A stretch of DNA of 64,000 nt from Geosiphon pyriformis uo1 (Eukaryota > Fungi > Glomeromycota). The position numbers and the translations under genes were made by a program. Below, piece after piece: positions 37,822 through 49,953 of the stretch; position 1 is the first letter of the stretch; every line of letters begins with the position of its first letter. The DNA lies in NCBI GenBank assembly GCA_016748015.1, contig JAAOMT010000657.1, positions 62,001 through 126,000 of the forward strand, read 5' to 3'. The notes under the pieces are model-generated. The model searched no databases, was not told where the DNA came from, and saw only the letters and a list, made by a program, of their open reading frames with translations.

Positions 37822-39135
37822 TTATATCTGATTTTTGCTGATCATTTGGGTCGGTATTACCACAACAGGTAACCAATCAGGTTGTTTGTGATATTTCTTG
37901 AGTCATGTACCATGAACAGGGCGATCATTGAAGATTGTTCCATATTGATCTTGTAAGATATAAGAACCATTGTTCAAAACTTTGTTGACTATAAAAGGTC
38001 CTTTCCAGCAGCTGGAGAATTTATTACCATAGACATTGTCTCTGTCTGAATGGTATTCCAAAACTAAGTCATCAACACTTAAGAAAAGTGTTTTATAGGT
38101 CTTTTTCTTTTTGAGCTTCTTTTGGAACTGTTTTATCTTTTCAAAGGCAATTATCTATGCTTCTACCAATGAGTCAAAAATGGTACCAAGTCTTCTTTAC
38201 AAAATGTCCTTGTAATCTCCTATTGTTATTTCTTCAAAAAGTATTGTTTCTATATTTGTTTCTATTGGTAGAGTTGCCATTTGTCCATAGAGCAGATAAA
38301 AGGGTTCATAACTTATTATGTCATGATTCACAGTTCTGTAAGTAAACAATGCTGAAGGCAATACTTTGTCCCATAGGTTGGTTTCTTTACTGGTTTTGGC
38401 TAGGGTTTCACATAGTGTTCTATTGAAACGTTCCACTAGGCCATTTGTTTGGGGGTGATAAGAGGAAGAGAGTTTATGACATATTCCCATTTTTCTGCAA
38501 AGTTCTTTAAACAGTGTACTGAGAAAAGCTCTTCCTCTATCAGATAAAAGTTCTTTGGGGCAGCCATGGCAACAAACAATATCTTCATAAATGAAATTGG
38601 CAATTGAGACTGCTGTTTGATTTGGGGTGGCTCTTGCTTCTACCCACTTTGTAAGATAGTCGGTAGCTGTAATAATGTATCTGTTGCCATCAGAAGTTAC
38701 TGTTAAAGGTCCAACAACATCTATACCAATTCTATCAAATGGTTGACCAACAGAGATTGGATGGATATCTTCCTTGCGATTGGGTTTTCCTCTTCTTTGG
38801 CAGGTATCACAGGTTTTGATGTATTCAGCAATGTCTTTTTCCAAAGTAGGCCAATAATAGCAAGCTAAAGTTTTCTGAATTGTTTTTGTTTTTCCAAAGT
38901 GTCCAGCTAATGAATCAATGTGCATATTGTAGATCACAATTTCTCTTTTTTTAAATTTAATAACTCTCTGGGGGCAGTCAGGATCTTTTTTATTTCTTTT
39001 ATATAACTGGTTCTGGCGAATCAAATAGAAATTTGATTGTTTGCACAAATGTTCTCTTTGCTGTCGAGTATAGTCTGGTGTGAATTGTTATTTACCCAAA
39101 AATTCCATTAAGGCAGAGTAGTTGTCCAAGTCCAT
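37822..39135 (-). pseudogene. GypB-7 integrase (separate ORF)
   Basis: ORF 38197-39048 with HHCC and D-D-E residues. Confidence 0.9.
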
Positions 39136-39200
39136 TATTGCGTTTGTTTGTGGGAGAGTTACAAATAATTAAGTTGGTTTGGTTTGAGAGGGTTTTGCTA

Positions 39201-41889
39201 TTACTAGATGGTAAGTCTGGAGAGAGCATCGGCATTTTGATGATTAGCTCTTTTGCAGTGTTGAATGTCATAGTTGAATTCATCCAAGTGGAGTATTCAG
39301 CAAGTTATCCATTTATGTTCCAGGTTTCTTTTGTTGCGTAGCCAAACCAAAGCTTGGTGATCTGTTACCACCAAAAATTTTACACCCTTAAGATATTTGT
39401 CCCAGTAGCTGGTAGCCCAAACTACTGCTAAACATTCTTGCTTAGTGACTGAGTAGTTTCTTTCTGCTGGTGTGAAAGTTCTACTGGCATATGCTATGGC
39501 ATGTTCCCTGTCATCTTCGTCTTTCTGGGAAAGAACAACACCAAGTCCATAGCCAGATGCATCAGTATGGAGGATAAAAGGTTGATCCAGATTAGGTTGC
39601 ATGAGAATGAGTTCTGTAACCAGTTTTTCTTTCAGAATTTCAAATGCTTTTTGTTGATGAGTGCCCCAGTGATAATTGATGTTTTTTCTAAGTAGCTGAT
39701 TGAGAGGAGCAGCAATTTTGGAGAAATCCTTGACAAACTTGTGATAATAAGAGGCCAAACCAAGGAAAGAGCATAGTTCATGAACATTCATTGGTTGTCT
39801 AATGTTTTGAACTTTTTCAATTTTGGCTGGATCAGGAAAGATTCCATCTTTTGTAATAAGATGGCCAAGGAACTGGGTGGATTGACATCCAAAGAATGAT
39901 TTGATTGGATTGATCTTGAGGCCAGCATTTCTAAAGAGGTCAAAAACCTTTTGCAAATGTTCAAGGTGTTCATCCCAGGTTTTTGAGTATACCATTATGT
40001 TGTCCAAGTAGACTAGAACAAAGTTTTCTTTTACTGATTCAAATACTTTGTCTATTAAGCATTGAAAGGTGGGAGGAGCATTTGTGAGACCAAAAGGCAT
40101 GACTGTGAATTCATAGGTGCCATACTTAGTGATGAAGGCAGTTTTCTTTCTGCTTTCTGGATCCATCTCTACTTGCCAGAATCTAGTAGTTAAGTCAATG
40201 GTTGAGAAGAAAGCAGCACCATGGAATTAGTCTAACATTGCATCAATCTTGGAAAGTGGGTACATGTCTCTTTTAGTAATGGCATTTAATTGGTAATAGT
40301 CAACACAAAAGCATAGGGTTCCTCCTTTCTTGGATACCACTACAACTGGGAATGCCCATTCACTCTTGGTTTCCTGTATGAATCCAAGGTTTTTTATTCG
40401 GGTTATTTCCTTTTTGATAAACTCATCATTGCACTGGTTGGATTGATAGGGCTTCAAATAGATGGGGCGAGTTTCTCTGGTAATGATGGTGTGTTGTATT
40501 ACATGTGTACGTCCAGGAGGTTCACTTTCTTTTGAGATAACTGGGCTATTTCTAGCCAGCAGGTTTTCAATGTCTATCTTTCTTTCTTCTGGAGAGAGTT
40601 CTCTTTGTTCTACAACCAGTGATTGGATTTTAGGTGGTTTGTTTTCAAAGAACTTTTGGACTTCTTTTATTTCTTTATGGGGTATCAAGCTGATTGGTTC
40701 CCAATCTTTATAATAGATCAGGCAGAACATGCATTCATTACTAGGAGAATACAATGGTTTGTCACACCAGCACCAGGCACAAGGACCATGCCACCAATAA
40801 CTGTATTTGGCTTTCTTGCCTGGCTTTCTGTCAAAGGTTCTTCTGAGCATGTCATAATAAGGCCAGCAGATCAGCTTGCCATTAACAATGATTCCTTCTT
40901 TATCTGCCTTGACATTATCCAGTGGTTTGCCATTGCTGGTGAAGATGGTAAAGTTCAGCAGTTTTTTCTTGTTTTTCTTGTTCTTCTTTTTCCTCACTTT
41001 CTTCATCATCTGATTCATCTGATTCATTTTCTTCTGGGCTTTGCTTGGGCACTGGGGGAGTTATCCAATGGCAACACTTAACCACAATGGGTTTCTCACC
41101 ACATCTGATGGTTAGTTCACAGAGTTCATAATCAAGCAAAGCTTTTGCTTTCTTGAGCCATTCATTGCTAACAATGATGGTGTATTTTTTCACTTCAGAT
41201 ACTTCTATATCAGTTTCAATGCTGATGCCATTGATGCAGACAGGAATGGCTTTGGCTATGCCAAGACCTTTTTTCTTATCACCATGCACATTGGTCATTG
41301 GTCGTGTGGATGGTTCATCAATTTTTCTGCCAATTGCTTCAAGAAAGTGTTTAGCAATAACACTAACAGATGATCCACTGTCTAGGATCAAATCGATGAA
41401 GTAGCCAGCCACTTGGGCTTTGCAAATTAGAGAAGTGACATTGCTATTGTCAGCAAGTCCAGCTTGGCGAGGGCATTTGTTGGTTTTGGGTGTCTTTTTT
41501 TTTGGAATCAGAGATTTGCAAAGATCTTTTCTGAATTGTGGATGGGTCATTAATTGGCCAAAGGTTATATGTGCTGGGGTTTCCATGAGGTCTTTGACAA
41601 CAGAATAGGGGCCGGATTTTTGTACTATTTCTGGGGGTTCCAACTTTGGAGGGTTCTTGAAAACTTTGGCTTTTGGGGGCTCATTGTTGTCAGCAGTTGA
41701 TGTAGAAGCTTTATTGGGGTCCAGAACGAAATCAACTTTGGCTTTTTTCTTCTTTCTTGTCTATTTAGAGGGGTTGATTGCTAATTCATCCATGTCATGG
41801 TCATCATCAGTTAAGTTAAAAGTGTAAAAGGGGTTTTCTTCTGGTTGGCTTGCACTCTCACCCTTTGGAGGTGCGCCTACCAGTTTAAA
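39201..41889 (-). pseudogene. pol: GypB-7 pol (PR, acidic and Cys-rich insert, RT, RH)
   Basis: ORFs 40915-41643, 40227-41027 and 39297-40166. Confidence 0.92.
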
Positions 41890-43429
41890 GGCTGATAAAC
41901 AGTGGCTTCAACTAGGGGATCCTCTCCAAAGAAATTGATGTTGGCATGATTGGGTCTTTGGTTGGGCACATTGTTGTTGTTGATCCTGTTGTTCTGAGCA
42001 TCATTGTTTCTGGGAACTGGTGGAGGCAGTGGAGGATTGTTGCAATCTCTTGAAAAGTGTCCAGTTAATCCACAGCGATAGCATACAGGTGGGCCACGAT
42101 TTTGTTGTCTTTGATAAGGTGGTTGCTGGGGCTAATTGAAGCGTGGTTCAAATCTGGGTCTTTGTGGTTGCTGATTTTCTCTGACTGCTTGGGCTAAGGG
42201 TTCTAATAACCGAACAAGATTTGCTGTGAGTCTGTCTATTAACTGTTCATTTGGATCTTGAGTGTGAGTGGCAAAAGAAGTAGCAGCCATTTGAGGGCAG
42301 GAGCCATGACAGGAACAGGAGCAAAAACTGGTAGTGTGGATCCCAAGTGCATCCTTTGGTTATCTTCAATTCTTTGTGCTAATTCAATGGCCATATCCAT
42401 GGTGGGATTATCTTTCAGGGCCAGAAGGGGCCAAAGAGCATATGATAGATCAGTTCTCAATCCTTTTGTGAAGGAGTGAATTTTCTGCTCTTCTGTCTAA
42501 TTTCTCCCAGAGTCTACACGTTTGATTAGCTTTCTAATAGCCTTGGCATATTCAGTCACTACTTCTCCAGGACCTTGAGTTTTTCTTTCTAATTCCATGT
42601 GCCATTTGGATATTAATATTGGGGTTCTGAACTTGGTCTCAAATCAGGTAGTGAAAGAGGTATTTTCTTCTCCAGCATTGATTGGTGTCCATCTGATTAT
42701 TTTGTGTTGAGCATTGGCATCTGTTTCTTGTGAAAACCAGGTAGCAGAAGAGTCTTGGAGGTAGCCACCAACAATTTGGAACTTGTATTCTTCATCATAC
42801 TGGTTGGCTATGGTAGCTCTCTCAAAATCATCCAACCATTCAATTGGATCTTGTGCATCACCTCTAAATAGTGGTAGTGGGGTATTGTTTCTTCTTCCTA
42901 AAGCAATTTGTATACCTTGGAGGGCGGCCAGAATGTTTGCTTGCATGGGGTCATTAGCCATTGGTTCAGGGGTAACTGTTTGTGTAGACAAGTCTGATTC
43001 ACTTGATAAAAGGTCAAAAACAGGGGCAGTTTGGTAACTTTCTTCTTCTGTTTCAAAGGAAGTTTCAGTTGCTTGATGGGCAGCAATCCAAATATGGATT
43101 TGATGATTCAGATATTCTAAATCAGGAGGCTGTTGTTCAAAGGTTGCAGAATATAAGAGTTGATTGATACTGTTGTTTCTTTCTTCAAAGTCATTTTTAA
43201 AATAAACTTGGTCAAAGTAATAGGTCATATAAGCTGTGTAGGTTTCAGCTGAATGCTTGTTCAGAAACCAGTTCCAAAAGTCTTGGAATTGTCTACTGGA
43301 TTGTTCTTCAAGGGGGAAACAGATCAAGCAGAAGGGCAGAGGATTAAGTTCAATGAAATCTAGATTGTTTCTGTTGTGTGTTGCAAAGTGTTCTTCTGAT
43401 TGCTGTGGCAGATATGAGTAATCACCCAT
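41877..43429 (-). pseudogene. gag: GypB-7 gag
   Basis: ORFs 42644-43429 and 42239-42460; CCHC knuckle. Confidence 0.9.
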
Positions 43430-45007
43430 ACAATGAGGGAATAAGTAAATTTTGACAACCTCACAGGGAGCACCACTTTTATGTTACGGGTTGGAATAAC
43501 AAGCTAACGGATAGCAAGGGAGAACAGTATTGTATGGTGATGGAAATAAACAAAGAGGGAATTACAATAAGGGAGCAAATTGAATAAGTAGGAATTCAAT
43601 GTGTGTGTTCAGTCTCATAAAAATCACAGTCGCTAATCTTTTTTTAAATCTGAAGGTAGAGGAATAGTCCGTGATTGTCAACAAGATAACACCACTGCTA
43701 TTATTCTATGCCTCAACTTGGCAATTCTTAGAATCAATAACAGGTATCATTGTGCTTTTCAATCATTTTTTTATTCAATGAATTACAAGAGCAAGCCAAT
43801 TGCTTCTCAGGCTAATTCTAACAAATACAAATCAAGAAGGGGAAAAGATAAGGTATGTAAATGCCAACAAGTAGATACTTGAAGGTAAGGAAAGGGGAAT
43901 AAGCAATTATGAGAGAAAGTAATTGATATTGTTTATTTCGTTACTTTGATCATGTCATTCTACAGCTAAGGGAATCATCACTTATATAGCTATCTAAAGT
44001 GGTCAATGACCAGGTCAATGATCAGGTCAATGATCACTATCTAAAAATAGGGTGGCTAATTATATGACATCAGTGGCTAATACATGTGATAACTAATAAA
44101 AACTATGGGTTTCAACCATAACACTATTACTTTGACCAAGCTTATTTTGAAGACGACTTTGAAGAAAGAAACAACAGTATTAATCAGCTCTTATATTCTG
44201 CAACCTTTGAACAACAGCCCACTGATTTCAAATATTTGAATCATCAAATCCACATTTGGATTGCTGCCCATCAAGCAACTGAAACTCCATTTGAAACAGA
44301 AGAAGAAAGCTACCAAACTGTTCCTGTTTTTGATCTTTTATCAAGTGAATCAGACTTATCTACACAAACAGTTACCCCTGAACCAATGGCTAATGACTTC
44401 ATGCAAGCAAACATTCTGGCCGCCCTCCAAGGTATACAAACTGCTCTAAGAAGAAGAAACAATACTCCACTACCACTATTTAGATGTGATGCACAAGATC
44501 CAATTGAATGGTTGGATGATTTTGAGAGAACTGCCACAGCCAATCAGTATGATGAAGAATACAAGTTCCAAATTATTGGTGGCTACCTCCAAGGCTCTCC
44601 TGCTACAAGAAACAGATGCCAATGCTCAACACAGAATAATCAAATAGATACCAACCAATGCTGAAGAAAATACCTCTTTTACTACCTGGTTTGAGGCCAA
44701 GTTCAGAACTCCAATATTAATATCCAAATGGCGCATGGAATTGGAAAAAAGAACCCAAGGCCCTGGAGAAGTAGAGACTGAATATGCCAAAGCTATTAGA
44801 AAGCTAATCAAACGTGTAGACTCTGGGAAAAACTGGACAGAACAAAAGATCCATTCCTTCACAAAAGAATTAAGAACAGATCTATCATATGCTCTTTGGC
44901 CTCTCTTGGCTTTAAAAGACAACCCAATAATGGATATAGCTATTGAACTGGCACAAAGAATTGAAGATAACCAAAGGATGCATTTGGGATCCACACTTCT
45001 AGTTTTT

Positions 45008-45079
45008 GCTCCTGCTCCTGTCATGGCTCCTGCTCCTGTCATGGCTCCTACTCCTGTCATGGCTCCTGCCCCTCAAATG
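45008..45079 (+). repeat. 18-bp coding minisatellite (APAPVM-like)x4 in GypB-5 gag
   Basis: GCTCCTGCTCCTGTCATG units. Confidence 0.85.
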
Positions 45080-45851
45080 GCTGCTGCCTCTTTTGCTGCC
45101 CAAACTCAAGATCCAAATGAACAATTAATTGATAGACTCACAGCCAATCTTGCCTGGTTATTAGAACCTTTGGCACAAGCAGTTAGAGATAACCAACAAC
45201 CACAAAGACCCAGATATAAACCACGTTTTAATCAGCCCCAGCAATCTCCTTACCAAAGACAGCAAAATCGTGGTCTTCCTGTATGTTATAGATGTGGATT
45301 AACTGGACATTTCTCAAGAGATTGCAACAATCCTCCTTTACCTCCTCCAGTCTCCAGAAATAATGACAATCAAAACAATAGACCCATCAACAATAATGCT
45401 CCCAATCAAAGACCCAACCATGCCAACATCAATTTCTTTGGAGAGAATCCCCTAGTTGAAGCCACAGTTTACCAGCCTTTAAACTGGTAGGCGCACCTCC
45501 AAAAGGTGAGAGTGNNNNNNNNNNNNNNNNNNNNTTAGAACCTTTGGCACAAGCAGTTAGAGATAACCAACAACCACAAAGACCCAGATATAAACCACGT
45601 TTTAATCAGCCCCAGCAATCTCCTTACCAAAGACAGCAAAATCGTGGTCTTCCTGTATGTTATAGATGTGGATTAACTGGACATTTCTCAAGAGATTGCA
45701 ACAATCCTCCTTTACCTCCTCCAGTCTCCAGAAATAATGACAATCAAAACAATAGACCCATCAACAATAATGCTCCCAATCAAAGACCCAACCATGCCAA
45801 CATCAATTTCTTTGGAGAGAATCCCCTAGTTGAAGCCACAGTTTACCAGCC

Positions 45852-48534
45852 TTTAAACTGGTAGGCGCACCTCCAAAAGGTGAGAGTGCAAGCCAACCAG
45901 AAGAAAACCTTTTTTATGTTTTTAACTTAACTGATGATGACCATGACATGGATGAACTAGCAATCAACACCTCAGAATCAACAAGGAAGAAGAAGAAAGC
46001 CAAGGTTGATTTCATTTTAGATACAAATAAACCATCCACATTAACTGCTAATAATAATGAGCCACCAAAGGCTAAAGTTTTTAAGAACCCTCCAAAGTTG
46101 GAACCCCCAGAAATAGTAAAAAAATCTGGTCCTTATTCTGTTGTCAAAGATCTCATAGAAACTCCTGCACACATTACTTTTGGCCAACTAATGATCCACC
46201 CACAATTTAGAAAAGATCTCTGCAAATCTCTAATTTCCAAGAAGAAAACACCAAAAACCAATAAATGCTCTTGCCAAGCTGGACTTGCCAACAACAGCAA
46301 TGTTACCCCATTAATTTGCAAAGCCCAAGTGGCTGGCTATTTTATTGACTTGATTCTGGACAGTGGATTATCTGTTAGCGTCATTGCCAAACACTTTTTG
46401 GAAACAATTGGAAAAAAGATTGATGAACCTTCCACCTGACCAATGACCAATGTACATGGTGACAAAAAGAAAGGTCTGGGCATAGCCAAAGCTGTTCCTG
46501 TCTGTATCAATGGCATCAGCATTGAAACTGACATGGAAGTTTCTGAAGCCAAGGAATACACTATTATTGTTGGAAATGAATGGCTCAAGAAAGCCAAAGC
46601 ATTACTTGACTATGAACTTTGTGAGCTAACCATCAGATGTAGTGAGAAGCCCATTGTGGTTAAGTGTCACCACTGGACAATTCCTCCAACACCAAAACAG
46701 AATCAGGAAGAAGAACAATCAGAGGAATCAGATGATGAAGAAAGTGATGATGAAGAAGAACAAAAGGAACAAGAAAAAACTTCTGAACTTGCCTATACTA
46801 CCTTCACCAGCAATGGATAATGTCAAAGCTGACAGAAAAGGAATCATTGTAAATGGCAAGCTGATCTGCTGGCTCTACTATAATATTCTAAGAAGAACTT
46901 TTGACCAGAAGCCTAGCAAGAAAGCCAAGTACCATTATTGGTAACATGGTTCTTGTGCCCAGTGCTGGTGCAATCAACTCTTGTATTCTCCAAGTGACAA
47001 ATGCAAATCCTGCCTGATCTATTACAAAGATTGGGAACCAATCAGTTTGATACCTAGAGAAGAATTGAAAGAAGTCCAAAAGTCTTTTGAAAATGAACCA
47101 CCTGAGATCCAATCACTAGTTGTAGAACAAAGAAAACTCTCTCCAGAAGAAAGAAAAATAAACATTGAAAATCTGCTGGCTAGAAACAGCCCAGTTATCT
47201 CAAAAGAAGGTGATACTCCTGGATGAACTCATGTAATACAACACACCATCACCACCAGAAAAACTCACCCCATCCATTTGAAGCCTTATCGATCTAATCA
47301 CCAAAATGATAAGATCATCAAGAAAAAAATAAACTGGATGAAAGAACTTGGATTCATACAAAAAACCAAAAGTGAATGGGCTTTCCCAGTTGTAGTGGTA
47401 TCCAAAAAAGGTGGAACCCTACACTTCTGTGTTGATTATCACCAATTAAATGCCATCACTGAAAGAGACATGTACCCACTTTCCAAGATTAATACAATGC
47501 TGGACCAATTCAAAAATGCTGCTTTTTTTTCAACTATTGATCTAACTGCTGGATTCTGGCAAGTAGAGATGGATCCAGAAAGCCGGAAGAAAACCGCCTT
47601 CATCACCAAGTATGGCATCTATGAATTCACAGTCATGCCTTTTGGTCTCACCAATGCCCCTCCCACCTTTCAACACTTAATGGATAAAGTATTTGAATCA
47701 GTGAAAGAAAACTTTGTTCTGGTCTATCTGGACGATATAATGGTGTACTCAAAAACCTGGGATGAACATCTTGTACATTTGCAAAAGGTTTTTGATCTTC
47801 TCAGAAATGCAGGTCTTAAGATCAACCTGATCAAATCTTTCTTTGGAAGACAATCCACCCAATTCCTTGGTCATCTTATCACAAAAGATGGAATCTTTCC
47901 TGACCCAGCTAAGGTTGAAAAAGTCCAGAACATTAGACAACCAATGAATGTTCATGAACTATACTCTTTCCTTGGTTTGGCTTCTTATTATCACAAATTT
48001 GTCAAGGATTTCTCCAAAATAGCTGCTCCACTTAATCAGCTACTCAGGAAAAACATCAACTACCATTGGAGCACACACCAGCAAAAAGCTTTTGAAACTC
48101 TAAAGGAAAAACTAGTTACTGAACCAATTCTGAAGCAACCTGATCTAGATCAACCTTTCATCCTCTACACTAATGCATCTGGCTATGGACTTGGAGCTGT
48201 TCTATCCCAAAAAGATGAAGATGGCAAAGAACATGCCATAGCATATGCCAGTAGAACTCTCTCACCAGCAGAGCAGAACTACTCAGTGACTAAACAAGAA
48301 TGCCTGGCAGTAGTATGGGCTACTAGTTATTGGAACAAATATCTTCTTGGTGCCAAATTCCTGGTAGTAACAGATCACCAAGCTTTGGTTTGGCTGCACA
48401 ACAAAAAGAAGCTAGAACACAAAAGATTAACTCGCTGGATACTCCACTTGAATGAATTCGACTATGATATTCAACATCGCAAAAGAGCTAATCATCAAAA
48501 CACTGATGCTCTCTCCAGACTTACCACCAAGTGA
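45852..48534 (+). pseudogene. pol: GypB-5 pol; RT-RH ORF 47278-48534 retains YLDD
   Basis: LILDSG, YLDD, ASGYGLG, TDHQAL, DALSR. Confidence 0.92.
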
Positions 48535-48593
48535 CAGTACAACCACCTCAAACCAAACCAAACTAATTATTAGTAACTTTCCCACAAACAAAC

Positions 48594-49912
48594 ATGATAA
48601 TAGACTTGGACAACTACTCTGCCTTAATGGAATTTTTGGGTAAAGGACAATACCCACTGGAATACAATCGACAGCAAAGAGAACATTTGTGCAAACAATC
48701 AAAATTCTATTTGATTCGCCAGAACCAGTTATACAAAAAAAATAGAAAAGATCCTAACCGTCCCCAGAGAGTCATAAGATTTGAAGAAAGAGAAATTGTG
48801 ATCTACAATATGCACACTGATCCATTAGCTGGACACTTTGGAAAAACAAAAACAATTCAGAAAACCTTAGCTCGTTATTATTGGCCTATCTTGGGAAAAG
48901 ACATTGCTGATACATTAAAACCTGTAATACCTGCCAAAGAAGAGGAAAACCCAATCGCAAAGAAGATATCCATCCAATCTCTGTTGGTCAACCATTTTAC
49001 AAAATTGGTATAGATGTTGTTGGACCTTTAACAGTAACTCCTGATGGCAACAGATACATTATCACAGCTACCAACTATCTTACAAAGTGGGTAGAAGCAA
49101 GAGCCACCCCAGATCAAACAGCAGCCTCAATAGCTAATTTCATTTATGAAGATATCATTTGTTGCCATGGCTGCCCCAAAGAACTATTATCTGATAGAGG
49201 AAAAGCTTTTTTCAGTACACTGGTTGAAGAACTTTGTAGAAAAATGGGAATACGTCACAAACTTTCTTCCCCTTATCACCTCCAAACAAATGGCCTAGTG
49301 AAACGTTTTAATAGAACACTGTGTGAAACCCTAGCCAAAACAAGTAAAAAAACAAACTTATGGGACAAAGCACTGCCTTCAGCTTTGTTTGCTTATAGAA
49401 CTGTGAATCATGACATAACAAGTTATGAACTTTTTTATCTGCTCTATGGATGAATGGCAACACTACGAATAGAAACTGATATTGAGACAATATCCTTTGA
49501 AGAGATCACAATAGGAAATTACAAAGACATTTTGCAAAGGAGACTTGGTACCATTCTTGACTCACTTGTAGAAGCATAAATAATTGCCTTTGAAAAGATA
49601 AAACAGTTTCAAGAAAAGCTTAAAAAGAAGAAAACTTATAAAACACTTTCTTTAAGTGTTAGTAACTTAGTTTTGGAATACCACTTAGACAGAGACAATG
49701 TCTATGATAATAAATTCTCTAGCCAGTGAAAAGGTTCCTTTATAGTCAACAAAGTTTTGAACAATGGTTCTTATATTCTTCAAGATCAATTCAGAACAAT
49801 TTTTAATGATCATCCTGTTCATGGTATGCAACTCAAGAAATATCACAAATGACCTGATTGGTTACCAGTTGTGGTAATATTGACCCAAATAATCAGCAAA
49901 AACCAAGTATAA
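48594..49912 (+). pseudogene. GypB-5 integrase (separate ORF, broken)
   Basis: ORFs 48594-49013 and 49244-49453. Confidence 0.88.
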
Positions 49913-49953
49913 ATAAATGCACTATTCCCAATACAGAGGTATCTTCAATCGAC

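Larger units (their letters stand above)
36425..44123 (-). mobile_element. GypB-7 full-length (7699 bp), inserted in GypB-5 gag
   Basis: LTRs 36425-37174 and 43482-44123; PBS 43457-43475; TSD CTAT at 36421-36424 and 44124-44127. Confidence 0.95.
36215..45490 (+). pseudogene. gag: GypB-5 gag, split by GypB-7 (36215-36424 plus 44128-45490)
   Basis: YTAYTTY|YFDQAY is restored when GypB-7 and one CTAT are removed. Confidence 0.85.

Noticed and set aside
43590-43680. Intron-containing tRNA-Met gene on the LTR antisense strand
   Set aside because: Only the anticodon arm and variable loop match; no acceptor stem, A box or TTCGA T-loop is in place, so it is reported as complementary boxes instead
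45535-45888. Tandem duplication of the gag end and frameshift site
   Set aside because: Exact copy of the sequence before the N gap at 45515-45534; unmerged contig overlap
48452-48643. 63-aa ORF bridging RH and INT in several copies
   Set aside because: It is in the third frame and would need two successive shifts; no slippery sites or recognisable domain; likely a by-product of the CA-rich spacer
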